From Candidatus Marinacidobacterales bacterium (GTDB taxonomy: Bacteria > Acidobacteriota > Vicinamibacteria > Marinacidobacterales > DATDRI01), in the NCBI GenBank assembly GCA_965219415.1, contig OZ244742.1, forward strand, positions 672,001 through 736,000: DNA of 64,000 nt. Direction: 5' to 3'. The translations under genes were made by a program, and so were the position numbers. Positions within the stretch are counted from its first letter, which is position 1, and each line of letters starts with the position of its first letter. The notes beneath the pieces are model-generated. The model was given only the letters and a program-made list of their open reading frames with translations, was not told where the DNA came from and did not search any database. Shown here in pieces: positions 62,169-64,000 of the stretch.

Positions 62169-62397
62169 TATCCGCTGCGCGGCGGGAGTGTATGGGGATT
62201 GTATGGAATGGGCGAAGGTTGTTGGGGGGTGTGTTGGGGAATAAGGCCGGGGGCGAGGAGCCGAGCGGGGCTATAGGAGCGGGGGCGAAAGGGGCGATTG
62301 ATTTCATACAGGGGCGGCGAAGCTTGGAAAGGCTCGAGCGGGCAGAGCACTCGCGCTCGGGCGACAGGTCTCGAAGATTCAAAGGGCATAGTCCGCA

Positions 62398-63600
62398 CTA
62401 GGAGGAATCGAAGCTCCAGGACGCGATGGCCCGAGCAGGGCGAGCCATCACTCGGACGAGGAGGAGGCGTCCGAGTTTGCATTCGGGACAAAGCTCGAGT
62501 TCCTCGACCTGCTGCTGCAGCGTCCCATCCGTTTGTTTGAGCTCGGAAACGTCGTCGTTGACGGAACTGGACTTTGCTCCGTCCAGGAACTTTCGTGCCC
62601 GCGCAAGTTTTTCTGCTCGATGGCGGTTGGCGAGAAAACCGTAGTAGCGAACGCGGACGAAACCTTTGGGAAGCACATGGAGCAGAAACCGTCTCAGAAA
62701 CTCCACGGCGTCCAAGCTCATCGTGCGTTGGCGATTACCGTGGGCGTAGTCTTTCCAACGAAAGGCGACCTTTCCGTCTTCCACAGACACGAGCCTGTGG
62801 TTGGAGATCGCGACGCGGTGGGTATAGCGGGCGAGGTATTTGAGCACTTGCTTGGGACCGCCGAATGGAGGCTTGGCATAGACCACCCAGTCTTTGTCTC
62901 GAAGTGGCTGGAGCCAAGCTTCCCAGCGCTGGGGATACTCTAAATCGCGAAGGCCTCCGTGGAAAGCGAGCTGTTGCTGCTCCCAACCCCGTTGGAGTTG
63001 AGCTGTGAACTTGCCCCGGAAGAGCCGGCTCAAGACCCGGACGGGCAGAAAAAAACCGTCTCGGCAGCTCACCCACCGCTCGGCGTCGAGGCCGATGCCG
63101 CCGCCCGGAACAATGCAGTGCAGATGCAGATGCGCGTGTAGGTTCTGCCCCCAGGTGTGTAGAACCGCCATGCAGCCGATCTCGGCACCCAGATGCTTCG
63201 GGTCTCGAGCGAGCGTCAGTAGTGTCTCGGAAGCGGCACGGAACAACATCCCGTAAACGGCGCGACGATTCTGAAGCGCCATCGGAGCCAGCTCGCTTGG
63301 AAGCGTGAAGACGACGTGAAAGTACTCGACGTCGAGTAGCTCCTGCTCGCGTTGCTCCAGCCAATCCGCTCGAGCCGCCCCCTGACACTTCGGGCAATGC
63401 CGGTTACGGCACGAGTTGTAGACCGGTACCTCGTGAGCGCATCGGTCACACCGATTCAGATGGCCTCCCAGAGCGGCCGTCCGGCACTGAACCACCGCAT
63501 TGAGAACTTGCCATTGTTCTCGCGAAGGCCGGTAGCGCTTCAGATACGCTGCCCCGCACTCGCGGATGACATCGGCCACTTCCGGCCGATGTCCGCTCAC
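62398..63600 (-). CDS. IS91-family rolling-circle (Y2/HUH) transposase
   Basis: CRTAALGG, NSCRNRHCPKC, HTWG...HLHC, YLARY, RYYG. Confidence 0.95.
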   Translation of the reverse strand: MSGHRPEVADVIRECGAAYLKRYRPSREQWQVLNAVVQCRTAALGGHLNRCDRCAHEVPVYNSCRNRHCPKCQGAARADWLEQREQELLDVEYFHVVFTLPSELAPMALQNRRAVYGMLFRAASETLLTLARDPKHLGAEIGCMAVLHTWGQNLHAHLHLHCIVPGGGIGLDAERWVSCRDGFFLPVRVLSRLFRGKFTAQLQRGWEQQQLAFHGGLRDLEYPQRWEAWLQPLRDKDWVVYAKPPFGGPKQVLKYLARYTHRVAISNHRLVSVEDGKVAFRWKDYAHGNRQRTMSLDAVEFLRRFLLHVLPKGFVRVRYYGFLANRHRAEKLARARKFLDGAKSSSVNDDVSELKQTDGTLQQQVEELELCPECKLGRLLLVRVMARPARAIASWSFDSS

Positions 63601-64000
63601 TTGAGCTCGTCGGCCTCCGAAACGTTCTCGAGCAGATCCACCACTTCACGCTTCATCTGAGATGCCCCCGCCGCCACGTGAAGGTAGATCGCTGTCGTGT
63701 TCAGACTGCTGTGACCCAACCGTAGTTGGAGCGTCCGTAGATTCGTGCCCGCTTCCAACTGATGCGTCGCGTAGCAATGACGCATCGTCTGCGTCGTCAC
63801 CCGTTTTCTCAGTCCCGCCTTCAAGGCCGCTAAACGACAAGTCTTCTGGACAGGCGACGGCGTCACGGGAGTCTCCTGGCTCTCCGCTTCAAACAACCAC
63901 CTCTTTGGACGATACTCCCGCCAGTAATCACGCTGCTGCTCTACAAGCGTTGGCGTCAGCTCTACATAGCGATCCTTACGACCCTTTCCCTGCTTCACAC
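63597..64000 (-). CDS. Tyrosine recombinase coupled to the IS91 transposase; 5'-partial
   Basis: GKGRKDR, TMRHCYATH, LGH...TTAIY; lacks the IntI-specific insertion. Confidence 0.9.
   Translation of the reverse strand, partial: VKQGKGRKDRYVELTPTLVEQQRDYWREYRPKRWLFEAESQETPVTPSPVQKTCRLAALKAGLRKRVTTQTMRHCYATHQLEAGTNLRTLQLRLGHSSLNTTAIYLHVAAGASQMKREVVDLLENVSEADELK

Noticed and set aside
63597-64000. Tyrosine recombinase as the integron integrase IntI
   Set aside because: It lacks the IntI-specific insertion before the RH box, is co-oriented with the cassettes and is translationally coupled to the IS91 transposase
1-64000. tRNA or rRNA genes, including selC
   Set aside because: None recognised by eye; a covariance-model search would be needed to exclude them

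Overview
GC-rich bacterial window, possibly Acidobacteriota-like (inferred from gene content only). Many single-base frameshifts suggest noisy long-read consensus or decay. 1-39 kb is metabolic: a remnant nicotinate-degradation cluster scrambled into inverted fragments, hydantoinase A/B with an internal 140-bp inversion, a selenocysteine formate dehydrogenase with a SECIS plus NuoEF and Fe-S partners, a kinase-TPR gene, and a carnitine/betaine-like catabolic operon. 39-62 kb is a run of short minus-strand genes. From 47.1 kb rightwards they are separated by attC sites, so this is an integron cassette array with no IntI inside the window. The array is invaded by IS3, IS256, IS30, a tandem IS110 pair and an IS91/tyrosine-recombinase element. 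Main hidden findings: (1) a cassette methyltransferase with tandem in-frame UGA-UGA and a SECIS-like hairpin (MduS-like double selenoprotein), split by a nested IS3::IS110x2 insertion; (2) an IS110 noncoding end with readable donor and target guide motifs, inserted exactly in the IS3 poly-A frameshift site; (3) an IS91+recombinase element whose end is an attC-like hairpin in register with the array.
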